64,000 nt of DNA from an uncultured Methanosarcinales archaeon (GCA_964552005.1 CAZKFC010000001.1:109934-173933), one strand, 5' to 3'; counted from the stretch's first letter, positions 9,454 through 19,410 are shown. The notes: a model not told the origin generated them from the sequence alone. Made by a program: numbers and translations.

Positions 9454-9790
9454 TACGAAAAATGGAAGACATCAAGAATATGTAATTAGAGGGAGAAGTA
9501 TGTTACCTTTCTATCCACCAGGTAAAAAGGTAAAACTATATTCTACCAAAACCTATGTTGTTGGAGACATTATTGGGTATCTTGATAAGAAACAACTCAT
9601 CGTACACAGAGTTATTGATGTTAAAAAAAGTTATTTAATTACTAAGGGAGATTTTAATTTTTTTATTGATTCAAAAATCAGAACAAATAAAGTTATTGGA
9701 AAGATAAATAATAATAACAAGTTACTTAATTACTTTATTGCAAGAATATCAATGTTATTAGGTAAGATTTATTCTTTGTTTCATAGTTAA
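9434..9790 (+). CDS. Mini S26/S24-fold peptidase with a Ser/His dyad (archaeal/eukaryal Sec11-type signal-peptidase-like)
   Basis: GRSMLPF (Ser motif) ... GD ... LIVHRVIDV (His in place of the bacterial Lys). It overlaps the upstream rSAM gene by 20 nt. Confidence 0.45.
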   Translation: MKKKNHNTKNGRHQEYVIRGRSMLPFYPPGKKVKLYSTKTYVVGDIIGYLDKKQLIVHRVIDVKKSYLITKGDFNFFIDSKIRTNKVIGKINNNNKLLNYFIARISMLLGKIYSLFHS

Positions 9791-9821
9791 ATATTTAAAA
9801 AATTGAGCAATACTCACAACC

Positions 9822-11234
9822 ATGAAAGTACTTCTTATTAGTCCAACCGATTTTAATAACTATAGAAAAGTTCAACCTGGGAGAATTCCTTTAAATTTGC
9901 TTTATATTGCATCTTACTTAAGACAACATCAAGCAAATATTGAATTAAAGGTAATTGATTGTATTGCAGAGAAATTATCATTGGAAAAAACAAATCATAT
10001 TATTAAAAAATATTCTCCGGATCTTGTTGGTATTACGTTAGTAACTGAATTTTATAATTCAGCCATAAATTTAACCAAAAATATTAAACAAATAATACCT
10101 AATTGCAAGATTGTTTTTGGAGGATTACATGCCTCTGCTTTGCCGAAAGAGATTATCAAAAACGATTTTATAGACTTTGTTTTAGCCGGAGAAGCAGAAA
10201 TTGCATTTCATAATTTGTGCGGTTATTTAAATGGAAAACTGAAAATTACCTCTGTACCAGGATTATACTATAAAAAAAAAGGCAAAATTAAGTCTAATAA
10301 AATTAAATTCATCAAAGATTTAGATAGTTTACCCTTTCCAGCCAGAGAGTTAGTAAATCAAAAATTATATTTTACAAAATATTCAAAAAAAACAACATCA
10401 ATAATGGTTAGTAGAGGATGTCCTTATTCTTGTATTTATTGTGCTCATAAACTCGCATTTGGACAGAAAATAAGAAGAAGAAGTATAAAAAATGTCATAG
10501 AAGAGATTAAACACTGCATAGCTAAATATGATATACATTCTTTTGAATTCATAGACTCTCTTTTTATTTCTTCAAATAAATATACAAAAAAACTCTGTGA
10601 ACAAATTATTAAAGATAACTTGAAAATTACTTGGAGATGTCAAACAAGAATAGATTCTTTTATTCCCAATAAAAATAATATGAAAAAAGACATCATTCAA
10701 TTGATAAAATTAATGAAAAGATCGGGTTGTCAGAGAATTTATTTTGGTATTGATTCAGGCAACGAAGAAATATTAAGAATAAATAAGAAATCACAGAAAT
10801 TAAATGAAATTAAGGAAGTAATTGATTTAATTAACAAACAGGGTATAAAAACACAAGCCACTTTTGTTTTGGGGTTATTGGGAGAAAATAAAAAAACAAT
10901 TCAAGATACTTTTGATTTTGCTAATACTTTAAATCTTGACGACATTTATTATACAAGAGCCTATGCATATCCAGGAACAGAATTTTATGATAAATTAGCA
11001 GATGCAAAAAAAATAAAGAAGAAATATTGGATAAAAGGACAAGATATTATTTACTATGATAACTTTACTAGTAAGGATTTGGATAAGATTATTAAATCTC
11101 GGTTACTAAAATCCAAATTAAGTCCAGTTTACTTAGCTAGACAATTAATTTTATTAATAAAAAATCCTTCTAAGGACAACATACGTTCTTTTCTTTATAG
11201 GACTAAAAAAGTAATAAAAAAAATTATTAGTTAG
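9822..11234 (+). CDS. B12-binding (class B) radical SAM enzyme, a paralog of the 7894-9453 gene
   Basis: N-terminal B12-binding region (MKVLLISPTD...) and the CPYSCIYC motif. Confidence 0.8.
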   Translation: MKVLLISPTDFNNYRKVQPGRIPLNLLYIASYLRQHQANIELKVIDCIAEKLSLEKTNHIIKKYSPDLVGITLVTEFYNSAINLTKNIKQIIPNCKIVFGGLHASALPKEIIKNDFIDFVLAGEAEIAFHNLCGYLNGKLKITSVPGLYYKKKGKIKSNKIKFIKDLDSLPFPARELVNQKLYFTKYSKKTTSIMVSRGCPYSCIYCAHKLAFGQKIRRRSIKNVIEEIKHCIAKYDIHSFEFIDSLFISSNKYTKKLCEQIIKDNLKITWRCQTRIDSFIPNKNNMKKDIIQLIKLMKRSGCQRIYFGIDSGNEEILRINKKSQKLNEIKEVIDLINKQGIKTQATFVLGLLGENKKTIQDTFDFANTLNLDDIYYTRAYAYPGTEFYDKLADAKKIKKKYWIKGQDIIYYDNFTSKDLDKIIKSRLLKSKLSPVYLARQLILLIKNPSKDNIRSFLYRTKKVIKKIIS

Positions 11235-11608
11235 TCTTTTGAGATATTATATAAGGCTTTTAACGCAACGATTCCTGCACCTGGCGCAACAAATAAAGTT
11301 ATATTTGCTAACAATGGGTCAATAAAGTTTAGCCATTCTCCTATTACCGGAACTAAGCCAACTAATTTTGTCAATGTAACAGATAATGCATTTGCACTTA
11401 CCAAAAAAGTCAATGTTGCTATTAAGTATAAAGAAATCTCTTTATCTGTAATATTAAGCAATCCAACTACAAGTCCTAATGCACCCAACATCCAGAAAAC
11501 ACTGCCTGTTAACGCAGATACAAAAGCTATCACTAATCCCAGAATAAACGACCACGGCCCCACTTTATTAAGCAATCCATCGTTTTCAGGTTCTTCTTTT
11601 TTAGCCAT
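11231..11608 (-). CDS. Small hypothetical membrane protein with about four TM helices
   Basis: Hydrophobic segments; convergent with the rSAM gene and overlapping its end. Confidence 0.45.
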   Translation of the reverse strand: MAKKEEPENDGLLNKVGPWSFILGLVIAFVSALTGSVFWMLGALGLVVGLLNITDKEISLYLIATLTFLVSANALSVTLTKLVGLVPVIGEWLNFIDPLLANITLFVAPGAGIVALKALYNISKD

Positions 11609-11686
11609 ATTCTATCACCCCACAAAGTAATATAAAATTAAAGAATTATTAAATATAAAAATGTTTTCATTTTAAAGTGGTTTCAC

Positions 11687-11710
11687 TTTTTATAAATAAC
11701 TTTTATAAAT
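11687..11710 (+). promoter_or_regulatory. Two tandem archaeal TATA-like elements (ttttataaata / ttttataaat) upstream of the tRNA
   Basis: The second TATA is centred about 27 nt upstream of the tRNA 5' end at 11734. Confidence 0.35.
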
Positions 11711-11733
11711 TATGATTTTTTCTCTTATCGTCA

Positions 11734-11907
11734 AGGGGACGTAGTACAACCTGGCTAGTATAAGCGGCTCCAGTCATGGAGTGATGAGTCTTCGGACAAT
11801 GACTTATCTGTGGTCAGTCACCTGAGGAAGTGACCGCTAGATCGGGGTTCAAATCTATTACGGCCTGTTAGGATGCAGGAACGAATAGTGGTTATCCCTG
11901 CGTCCCC
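11734..11907 (+). tRNA. tRNA-Trp (anticodon CCA) interrupted by two introns. One is a canonical 37/38 intron of about 59 nt, and the other is a non-canonical intron of about 41 nt inserted after the T-loop.
   Basis: Hand folding: acceptor GGGGACG/CGTCCCC; D-stem GTAC/GTAT; anticodon stem AGCGG (11762-66) pairs with CCGCT (11833-37); loop CT-CCA-G; T-stem CGGGG (11842-46), T-loop TTCAAAT, with the 3' T-stem CCCTG displaced to 11895-99. Confidence 0.55.
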
Positions 11908-11934
11908 ACTCTTTCCAAATGAAAATAAAATTGA

Positions 11935-12250
11935 GATGATGAAAACTCATGAAAATATCCTCATAATTAGTATAATTCTTTTATCAAGTGTTATAACATT
12001 GGTTGATATAGGAGATGCACCGGTTTATCAAGATGAACACCTTCAAGTTTTACAAGTTAAATCTATTGATGATGTAGGTTATCCAAACAATTTGTATAAA
12101 GGGCAAGAAATAGTAATTAAAACAACAAAAAAGGGAATCATAAAAAACAAGATCCCATATGAAGTTTTCACGGGTTGGTTTCCTGCATATGTACAATATT
12201 TTATCATGAGAATTTTTGGATTTTCTAGAACTTCATTAAGATATCTATAA
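11935..12250 (+). CDS. Hypothetical small membrane protein. The listed ORF (from 11873) starts inside the tRNA, so an internal Met start is assumed.
   Basis: ORF only; one TM segment; doubtful. Confidence 0.2.
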
Positions 12251-12680
12251 AGAGTTTATATTTTAAAAACAAAGAATATATTTGTGTTAAAACAAATAAT
12301 AAAAACACAAATCCTGCAAAAACAGGTGATAAAGTTAAACTTATTGATACTGCTAAGATGAATAAGATTGTTGCTAGAATAATTGCTTCGTGCTTTTTAA
12401 TTTTATCCGAAGCAATAGGTCTTAATTTTTTCTTATGATGTAATTTATTTTTTTTAAAATCAAGAATATCATTGATTACATAATTTGTTGAAGAGATTAA
12501 ACATAAAGCAACAAAACCGAGTAAAGTCTTTTCTAAGACAATTAGATTAAAAATCTGTTTTCCAAATACTATCGGAAGAAAAATAATCAAGTTTTTGTAC
12601 CACTGATATATCCTTATTTCATCCAAAGTATCTTTTATTTTCATATTCTTCTTTAACTTATATTTATTACAAACATACAA
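12225..12680 (-). pseudogene. Truncated UbiA-family prenyltransferase. Only the N-terminal approximately 150 aa with the first Asp-rich motif are present.
   Basis: YQWYKNLIIFLPIVFG ... NDILDF ... KKLRPIASDKI matches the UbiA/DPPR-synthase N-terminal half. Full-length members are about 280-300 aa, and the second Asp-rich motif is absent. Confidence 0.45.
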
Positions 12681-12689
12681 CTTGGTTTT

Positions 12690-13742
12690 CTAAAAAAACC
12701 AACTTACTATTTTTAATACTCCTTGTCTCCAAAGAGTGCTATGTGTAACACCATACTTATTTTCAAATTTATCTAGATTTTTAACATACCATATATACGT
12801 TCTTAGCAATGTGTCTTTATTTGAATACATAGGTTTGAAACCAAGAATTTTCTCAGCTTTTTCAATTGAAACAACAGAATCTTTTACCGCTGTCTCATAA
12901 ATCCATTGGTATAATGGAGACAACTTTAAAAAGTCTAGTATTTTAAGTAAACTAATTACAGGAAATTTAGGTAGTGGGATATTTTTCTTTTTAAATCCTG
13001 CATGATAGACAACATACCCAAAATCTTCGCGCATAGTTAAGAATTCTTTTGCTCCAATATTAAAAGTATCATTCACTTTATCTTCTGCTTTTTTTAGACA
13101 CAGTTCAATGGCAACACACAAATCTTCTACATCTAAAAGTTGATAGTGATTATTCCCGTTTCCAATAAGGGGTATGTTCTTTCCCCTTCTTATCCAATCT
13201 GAATAAATTGCCATTATGCCTAATCTCCCAGGACCCATAAATGTTTTAGGTCTTAGGATTGTAACACACATACCTTTTTTTCTATATTTATCACATATTT
13301 TTTCTGCTTTTATTTTGGCTTTTCCATACGATCCAACACCCTTTAGTTTATGGTGTTCATACAAGGGAGTGGAGTCAGGTATACCATAAACTGCAGTTGA
13401 TGAGATATAGATAAATTTTTTTATTTTTTGCCTATGTGCTACTCTAAGTATGTTTTCAGTTCCCATGATTTCTGTTGAGTAAATATCTCTTGCTGAGTAC
13501 AAGGGTAAAGCAGCAGCAGCATGAACAATGTAGTCGACACCGGTGAATATTCTATTTAGATTTTTTATTTTCCTTATATCACTCCAAACATACTTAGCTT
13601 TGTACTTCATATCATTGTAGTTTAAAGGCATCACAAGATCTATTACTTTGAGTTTATATCCTTTTTTGTAAAGATAGTTTACAAGATTGGTTCCAAGAAA
13701 TCCAGACCCACCAGTTATTAACACAGTTTTCTTCTTTACCAT
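12690..13742 (-). CDS. NAD-dependent sugar epimerase/dehydratase (extended SDR)
   Basis: N-terminal VLITGGSGFLGTNLVNYL Rossmann motif and a YxxxK region. Confidence 0.8.
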   Translation of the reverse strand: MVKKKTVLITGGSGFLGTNLVNYLYKKGYKLKVIDLVMPLNYNDMKYKAKYVWSDIRKIKNLNRIFTGVDYIVHAAAALPLYSARDIYSTEIMGTENILRVAHRQKIKKFIYISSTAVYGIPDSTPLYEHHKLKGVGSYGKAKIKAEKICDKYRKKGMCVTILRPKTFMGPGRLGIMAIYSDWIRRGKNIPLIGNGNNHYQLLDVEDLCVAIELCLKKAEDKVNDTFNIGAKEFLTMREDFGYVVYHAGFKKKNIPLPKFPVISLLKILDFLKLSPLYQWIYETAVKDSVVSIEKAEKILGFKPMYSNKDTLLRTYIWYVKNLDKFENKYGVTHSTLWRQGVLKIVSWFF

Positions 13743-13801
13743 AGGTTTATAATTGTTAATAAATTTATAAATATTTTTAAGAGATAAAAAATTTGTTGTG
13801 A

Positions 13802-15298
13802 TTAGGGTTTGTTTATAGTATATTGTTTAGATCTATTTACAAATTCTAAATCATAAAACTCAAAATTTTTTATTTTTGTTTTGAAAGAGACCTTATATTT
13901 GTTTTTTATTAACAAATTAAAATCATTGCAGTCCGTTGAAAGATTTTCTTTTACTATAAGTAAGCAATATATCTCTCCTTCTTTCAATGTATTATTTAGA
14001 ATATCCTCATATAAATAATCAAATGGTGTTCCACACCCCATATGTAAAGAAAATGCGGTTAAAGGATAATTTTTGTTTGTTAACCAATATAAACCAGGGT
14101 TCCATCCCCAGTAGTAGAAGCTTTCATTTTCGTTTAAATTATTTTTTAGAAAAGAGACAATTGCTTGTTGTTCAGAGTATGATGAAAATTCATGGAATTT
14201 TACTGAGTTTTTAATATTGTGTTCAGGATAATATTTTATTGATGTTAGAAAGGTAAATAACAATAATAAACTTATGAACAGTTTAAGATTTATATTTTGT
14301 TTTATTTTATTAAAAAGATTACTACTAAAAATTACAATTATGGGGAATAATGAAACTAAATAATGACCAAAACTAGGTGTTATTGTTTGATATATTAATG
14401 CAAACATACTCAACAAAAGTGCAATTTTAGATGTAAGATTTAGTTTTTTATATAACTTTAAACCAATTAATATTAATCCAATCATTAAAATGATAGCTTC
14501 AAAATATAAAATTGGAAACCCTTTATTGTGGAAAACTGCAAAATATTTTGAATAAATTAAATAAAAAGATTTTATAGAAACATATGCTAAGTAAATTAAA
14601 TTGATTTTAAATCTAACATAAAAATATCCAAGAGAAACAATGCCAATTGCAAAAGAGATAGATGAATATTGAATTATGTGTTTAATTTTCTTCTTTTGAA
14701 ATAATAATATTAAATTGAATATGCCTATATAGACCATGTTAAGAGAATTGGATAATAAAGCAATCGCCCAAAATAAGGAAGATAGATAAAAATATTTTTT
14801 ATTATCAGATGTAAAATACTTCGTTAAAAAATATAAAGATAATACAAAATATAAATTAAAGAATGTTCCAGGTTTGTTTAGAAAACCTTGTAATAATGGA
14901 ATGTGCATTAAAATTGAATAAATAAATCCTCCAAATAATGCCTCTTTATGGTTCTTTCTAATTTCATATAAATATAGTAGTAGAAAGAACAGAGACAAAA
15001 AGAAAATAAAACAACCATATAATCTAAAAACAAAAAAAGAGTGGTTTTTTAATATTAAAGGTGGAAAATAATTCATATATGAGATTGGTGTTTTTGTGTC
15101 AGCATATGAATAGGGATTTTTTCCTTTTAACCAACTATCAGATAAATAAAGCATAACTCCTTCATCATCTTCTAGAGGAACATTGAACCATAACAATCTA
15201 AGAGATATACTAAATATTAATAAGAAAAAGAACCATTTATTAAAAAATAATTTCTTATAATTTTTGGTCTTTTGTTTCATATGTTTTTCTAAAGGCAT
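13802..15298 (-). CDS. Polytopic GT-C-type glycosyltransferase (ArnT/PMT-like) membrane protein
   Basis: At least 10 predicted TM helices; DDEG acidic motif in the first external loop. Confidence 0.5.
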   Translation of the reverse strand: MPLEKHMKQKTKNYKKLFFNKWFFFLLIFSISLRLLWFNVPLEDDEGVMLYLSDSWLKGKNPYSYADTKTPISYMNYFPPLILKNHSFFVFRLYGCFIFFLSLFFLLLYLYEIRKNHKEALFGGFIYSILMHIPLLQGFLNKPGTFFNLYFVLSLYFLTKYFTSDNKKYFYLSSLFWAIALLSNSLNMVYIGIFNLILLFQKKKIKHIIQYSSISFAIGIVSLGYFYVRFKINLIYLAYVSIKSFYLIYSKYFAVFHNKGFPILYFEAIILMIGLILIGLKLYKKLNLTSKIALLLSMFALIYQTITPSFGHYLVSLFPIIVIFSSNLFNKIKQNINLKLFISLLLLFTFLTSIKYYPEHNIKNSVKFHEFSSYSEQQAIVSFLKNNLNENESFYYWGWNPGLYWLTNKNYPLTAFSLHMGCGTPFDYLYEDILNNTLKEGEIYCLLIVKENLSTDCNDFNLLIKNKYKVSFKTKIKNFEFYDLEFVNRSKQYTINKP

Positions 15299-15704
15299 TG
15301 TCTTGTTTTTAATTTATTCCTTTTGTATGGGTGATATGTTTTATTACTACTTTCTTAAAGAGAATAAATAAACGATATATACTAAAAGCACAAAGTACAT
15401 ATACAATTCCTATTACTGGAGTTAAATATCTCTCTGAACCAATTGATAATAAAAGTAATAAAATTATTAATATTACAGTATATAATAACGTTGTACCTGA
15501 AAGGTTTTTCTCTTTTATTGTTAAAATCCCTCCTACTGTAAAAAATATTAACCTTTAAATTGAAAATAATAAATTTATAGTTTCAGTTTCTGTATCCCTA
15601 AAGTTTAAAATTCTTATAACAAATAACACCATTTAAATTATATAGTCTTTCAGGAGGTCTAAGGTCTATGTTTTTAACTTTAGCTAATTTTAACAAATTC
15701 AACA

Positions 15705-17408
15705 TCATTTTTTATCAAAAACATAATCCGGAATTAATATAATAGAGTTTCCCTTTTTTTCCAAAGATTCTATTTGACTTTTTAATTCATAATCTATTTT
15801 TTCAATTTCTGTCCTGTTAATAGGGTCAAACAGAGACCATGATTTTTTAAGGGGGTATACTACCAAAGCAGGGGTTGTAATTTTATTATTCTTCTTATTA
15901 TTCACATGTTTTATGTATTCACCTATCTTTGTCCACAAATCTTGATTTTGGAAAAAGAAGCTTGGTGGATAATCATTATATTGAATTTCTCCTTCTGTTG
16001 TATAAAAAAAAGCATGGGGAACAATTATATCAACACCGTTTTCAATTAGCCAGTTTGTTGTTGCTATTACTTTATTATATGTCAAATCCCAACCATATCC
16101 TGCAAAGGTTTCTGTTAACGAATAAGGTTTATTATATATGAACTCTGCTGATGAAACCAAAATTGGAGTTATTTTATTTTTATCAAAATATATAATATCA
16201 TCTGTACCTGGAATATCTAAATATTCCATAGTTCTAAAGAAATCTCCTTCAAAATTAACAATATCATAAAGATTTTCTTCAATTAAAACGTGACCAGTTA
16301 ACAATACTTTATGACTGCTTGTCCAATCATGTATTGTTTTAAAATAATTTTCAACATATAAATCTGTTCTTACTTCAAAATAATCTCTTTTTACTTTTTC
16401 AGAAATATTTCCTTCATCATCATACCAGAGGTAATACACATAATTTGTTATGTTGTATCCTTTTTTTTCATAAAACTCTTTTTCAAACAAATTGCTCCAT
16501 GCAATTGAACCCACATCATAAATATCATATGTGTTTGCATAAAAACCAGGTTCATCTGTGAAAAAACCAACTATTGTGTTCCCAAAATGGTCTGGAAATC
16601 TTCTATAATATTCTTCATGTGTAAGATTGATGAAATTAAGAGTTGCATTAGGATTCATCAAATCAACATAATAATGATGCTTATATTCAGTTTTAAAATG
16701 ACCATAATCCTGATAAAAAACATAAATCGAATTATTTTTGTATTCTTCACCAAATGAGCAGGAAATATTATTGCAATATTTTTCTTTTACATTAGAGGTA
16801 TTATCAATATTTGAGAATATGACAGAAACAATTTTTCTTGCCTTAAATTGAGTATTGGGCAGACTGAAATTTGAATTTTTCATTTTTTTCATTTTCAAAT
16901 TTTTTGCTATTAAATTAGGATTTTTTTCTAATACTTTTCCATTTGCAATTCCACTTGGCCAATCAAACTCATCGTAGATCCATGCTTTCATGTCTTTTTT
17001 TTGTAATTCTTTTAATGCATGTCCAACAAATTCAAACCATTCTTCAGAAAGATATTCTTGTACTAGTCCAGAACGTGCATGAATTATAACTTCTTTAATT
17101 CCAGTAGACTGCATTAACTCAATTTGTCTTGTGATTTCTTTTTTACTTAAATTACCATTCCAGAACCAGAAAGGTATGACTCTTTGGGGTGTATAATTAA
17201 GTCTTTTAAATAAAAATATGGTACTATTATCTCTATGAAATTTATTGATATCTACAGTTAATGAGATATCTTTCTCTTTATACAATATATTGTTTTTTCC
17301 ATCTACAGATTTTTTTATTATCTCAAATGAGATAAAACTGAAAAATAGAATAAACAATATTAGGAGTGAAACTTTGATTGTTTTTCCATTAAAAATACCC
17401 ATTAACAT
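15705..17408 (-). CDS. Secreted or anchored hypothetical protein, possibly a TIM-barrel glycosidase-like enzyme
   Basis: N-terminal signal anchor; FWFWNG / DEFDWPSG motifs; no firm family assignment. Confidence 0.3.
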   Translation of the reverse strand: MLMGIFNGKTIKVSLLILFILFFSFISFEIIKKSVDGKNNILYKEKDISLTVDINKFHRDNSTIFLFKRLNYTPQRVIPFWFWNGNLSKKEITRQIELMQSTGIKEVIIHARSGLVQEYLSEEWFEFVGHALKELQKKDMKAWIYDEFDWPSGIANGKVLEKNPNLIAKNLKMKKMKNSNFSLPNTQFKARKIVSVIFSNIDNTSNVKEKYCNNISCSFGEEYKNNSIYVFYQDYGHFKTEYKHHYYVDLMNPNATLNFINLTHEEYYRRFPDHFGNTIVGFFTDEPGFYANTYDIYDVGSIAWSNLFEKEFYEKKGYNITNYVYYLWYDDEGNISEKVKRDYFEVRTDLYVENYFKTIHDWTSSHKVLLTGHVLIEENLYDIVNFEGDFFRTMEYLDIPGTDDIIYFDKNKITPILVSSAEFIYNKPYSLTETFAGYGWDLTYNKVIATTNWLIENGVDIIVPHAFFYTTEGEIQYNDYPPSFFFQNQDLWTKIGEYIKHVNNKKNNKITTPALVVYPLKKSWSLFDPINRTEIEKIDYELKSQIESLEKKGNSIILIPDYVFDKK

Positions 17409-17477
17409 TATAAATCTTTTTTGTAATTTCTTATTATCTTTATTTCATATATACTTTTTCTTATATTAACCTTCTTT

Positions 17478-18590
17478 TTATAGATATTCTTTTGGAATTT
17501 GAAATATTCTTGGATTCAAGTCTTTGTGTAATGGGACCTTATTTAAGACAGTTAGGGGAAGGTTAAGTACTTCATCGAAAAGCCTTTTTAGAGTTGACCA
17601 TCTAATCTTGTTTTCTTCATTTATAATTTTCAGTGCTTCTTCTCTTGAAATCTGATTATTTCTTATCATATTGCTTCTTAACTCATCATTTTCTGTAAAT
17701 CCTACCATCTTATAATATAAGAAATTATAGAGTGGCGGAATTAAATCATCTATTCTCCATGTGGCAAGGGTATCTTTTGCTGTTTCCCAATTAAGTTCTT
17801 TTTTAATAGTAGACACTATTTCTCTCTCATTCCACATAAAATAATCAAAATATCTTATAAGTTTTATCTTCTTTATTAGATTTTTTCCTTCAAAAAACAC
17901 ATAAAAACCAAACAAATTCTCAATAAGATCAAATGTTGTAAAATATTTGGGATTTTTAACATATTCCCTAAGATAACCAAGTAAAAGTTTAATCTTTAAC
18001 TTTGTAGATAAATTATGTCCTTGTAAATTAACGCCCAAAAATCCAGATTTAAAAGGGACCCATTCAAAAGCAGATTCTGCATCCAGCATTAATGATAAAT
18101 TATTCTTTACGCACACACTCCTTAGATGGTATTCCATTGTTTTATCTGCTAACATTAATATTGGAATCATGGCTACAGAAGGTTTTTTAAGCCATGCTCG
18201 AAAATTATTACTGAGCATTTTAATATTTTTTTTGATTTTATAGTTAATAACCAAATGATCTACATTTAATTTCTTAACAACCTTTTTTGCATTTTTGCTG
18301 CCAAGGGGAGATTGAATACCACATTTAAAAGTACACACTAATACCTTCAGTTTGTGAATTTTAACTAATCTATAAAGAAGATATGTACTGTCTCTTCCTC
18401 CACTAAAACCTATACAACAATCGTATTTACTCCTGGACTTTTGTTTGTATTTTTTTATTTCTCTTTCAAATATAGCCCTTCCTTTTACAGTAATTGGTTT
18501 GTAATTTAGACAGAAATTACATATGCCTTTTTTATTAAATTTTATATTAGGATATGTTTCTGGGAGAATGCATCTAGTACATCTTTTCAT
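17478..18590 (-). CDS. N-acetyl sugar amidotransferase (PP-loop ATPase with an N-terminal Zn ribbon; WbuX/LegA-like surface-polysaccharide enzyme)
   Basis: CxxC...CxxC ribbon plus the GFSGGRDS PP-loop (SGGxDS). Confidence 0.7.
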   Translation of the reverse strand: MKRCTRCILPETYPNIKFNKKGICNFCLNYKPITVKGRAIFEREIKKYKQKSRSKYDCCIGFSGGRDSTYLLYRLVKIHKLKVLVCTFKCGIQSPLGSKNAKKVVKKLNVDHLVINYKIKKNIKMLSNNFRAWLKKPSVAMIPILMLADKTMEYHLRSVCVKNNLSLMLDAESAFEWVPFKSGFLGVNLQGHNLSTKLKIKLLLGYLREYVKNPKYFTTFDLIENLFGFYVFFEGKNLIKKIKLIRYFDYFMWNEREIVSTIKKELNWETAKDTLATWRIDDLIPPLYNFLYYKMVGFTENDELRSNMIRNNQISREEALKIINEENKIRWSTLKRLFDEVLNLPLTVLNKVPLHKDLNPRIFQIPKEYL

Positions 18591-18714
18591 AAATAAAAGA
18601 AAAACGGCAATTTATTTAAATTTGCATGCTTTTAATAATTTGAGTTTTATATTTACTATTACTGAACTAATAATATACAAGATTACTACATTGTAATCTT
18701 CTAGAGATTAAAAC

Positions 18715-19410
18715 ATGGTCACTGTTCCAAAGCATTTTAGTAGGAATTATATAGTCTATCTAGACTCTATCTCCAAAATAAATAAGGTTTGGTATTTAAA
18801 CATTCAAAAAGAAATTAATCCCCTAATAAAAGGAAAGACTATTTTAGATATTGGGAATGGTGGCATATTTAATTTTGACATTTCATTGCCAAAAAAAATA
18901 ATAGCAATAGATCCTGCTTTTAAGTATTTTTTCAAATTAAAAAAATATTCTAATGTTGTTTATGGATTTGACGATGCTAGATCTCTCAAATCAATTAAAA
19001 GAGAATCCGTTGATGTGGTTTTGTTTCAATTGGTTTTACATCATGTAACAGGTAAATCGTTTAATGAAACTATCAATAATCTTAAACAAATTTTTGTTGA
19101 AACTGGGAGAGTTTTAAAACCCAAAAGAGAAATTGTTATTGTGGGATCTGTTGTTTTCAAATTTCTTGAAGAAATTGAAAAAATATTCTACTATCCACAG
19201 ATATACTTCTTTAAATTGTTCAACAAACCAACTGTTTTTGAATTTTCAGAAAAAACACTACTTTCTCTTATACAGAAAGGAAATTTTCAATTAATTAAAA
19301 TTAAAACCATATATTATGGGAAGAAATTAGATGTGCTAAATGGAATAAAACCAGGATTATTAATATTTCCAGCTTTTGGATGCTTTCGGATAAATGTAAA
19401 CTTTTTATGA
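18715..19410 (+). CDS. Class I SAM-dependent methyltransferase
   Basis: ILDIGNGGG glycine-rich motif I. Confidence 0.55.
   Translation: MVTVPKHFSRNYIVYLDSISKINKVWYLNIQKEINPLIKGKTILDIGNGGIFNFDISLPKKIIAIDPAFKYFFKLKKYSNVVYGFDDARSLKSIKRESVDVVLFQLVLHHVTGKSFNETINNLKQIFVETGRVLKPKREIVIVGSVVFKFLEEIEKIFYYPQIYFFKLFNKPTVFEFSEKTLLSLIQKGNFQLIKIKTIYYGKKLDVLNGIKPGLLIFPAFGCFRINVNFL

Noticed and set aside
11873-12250. 125-aa ORF beginning inside the tRNA-Trp gene
   Set aside because: Its start overlaps the tRNA 3' exon. It is only kept as a very low-confidence internal-start variant.
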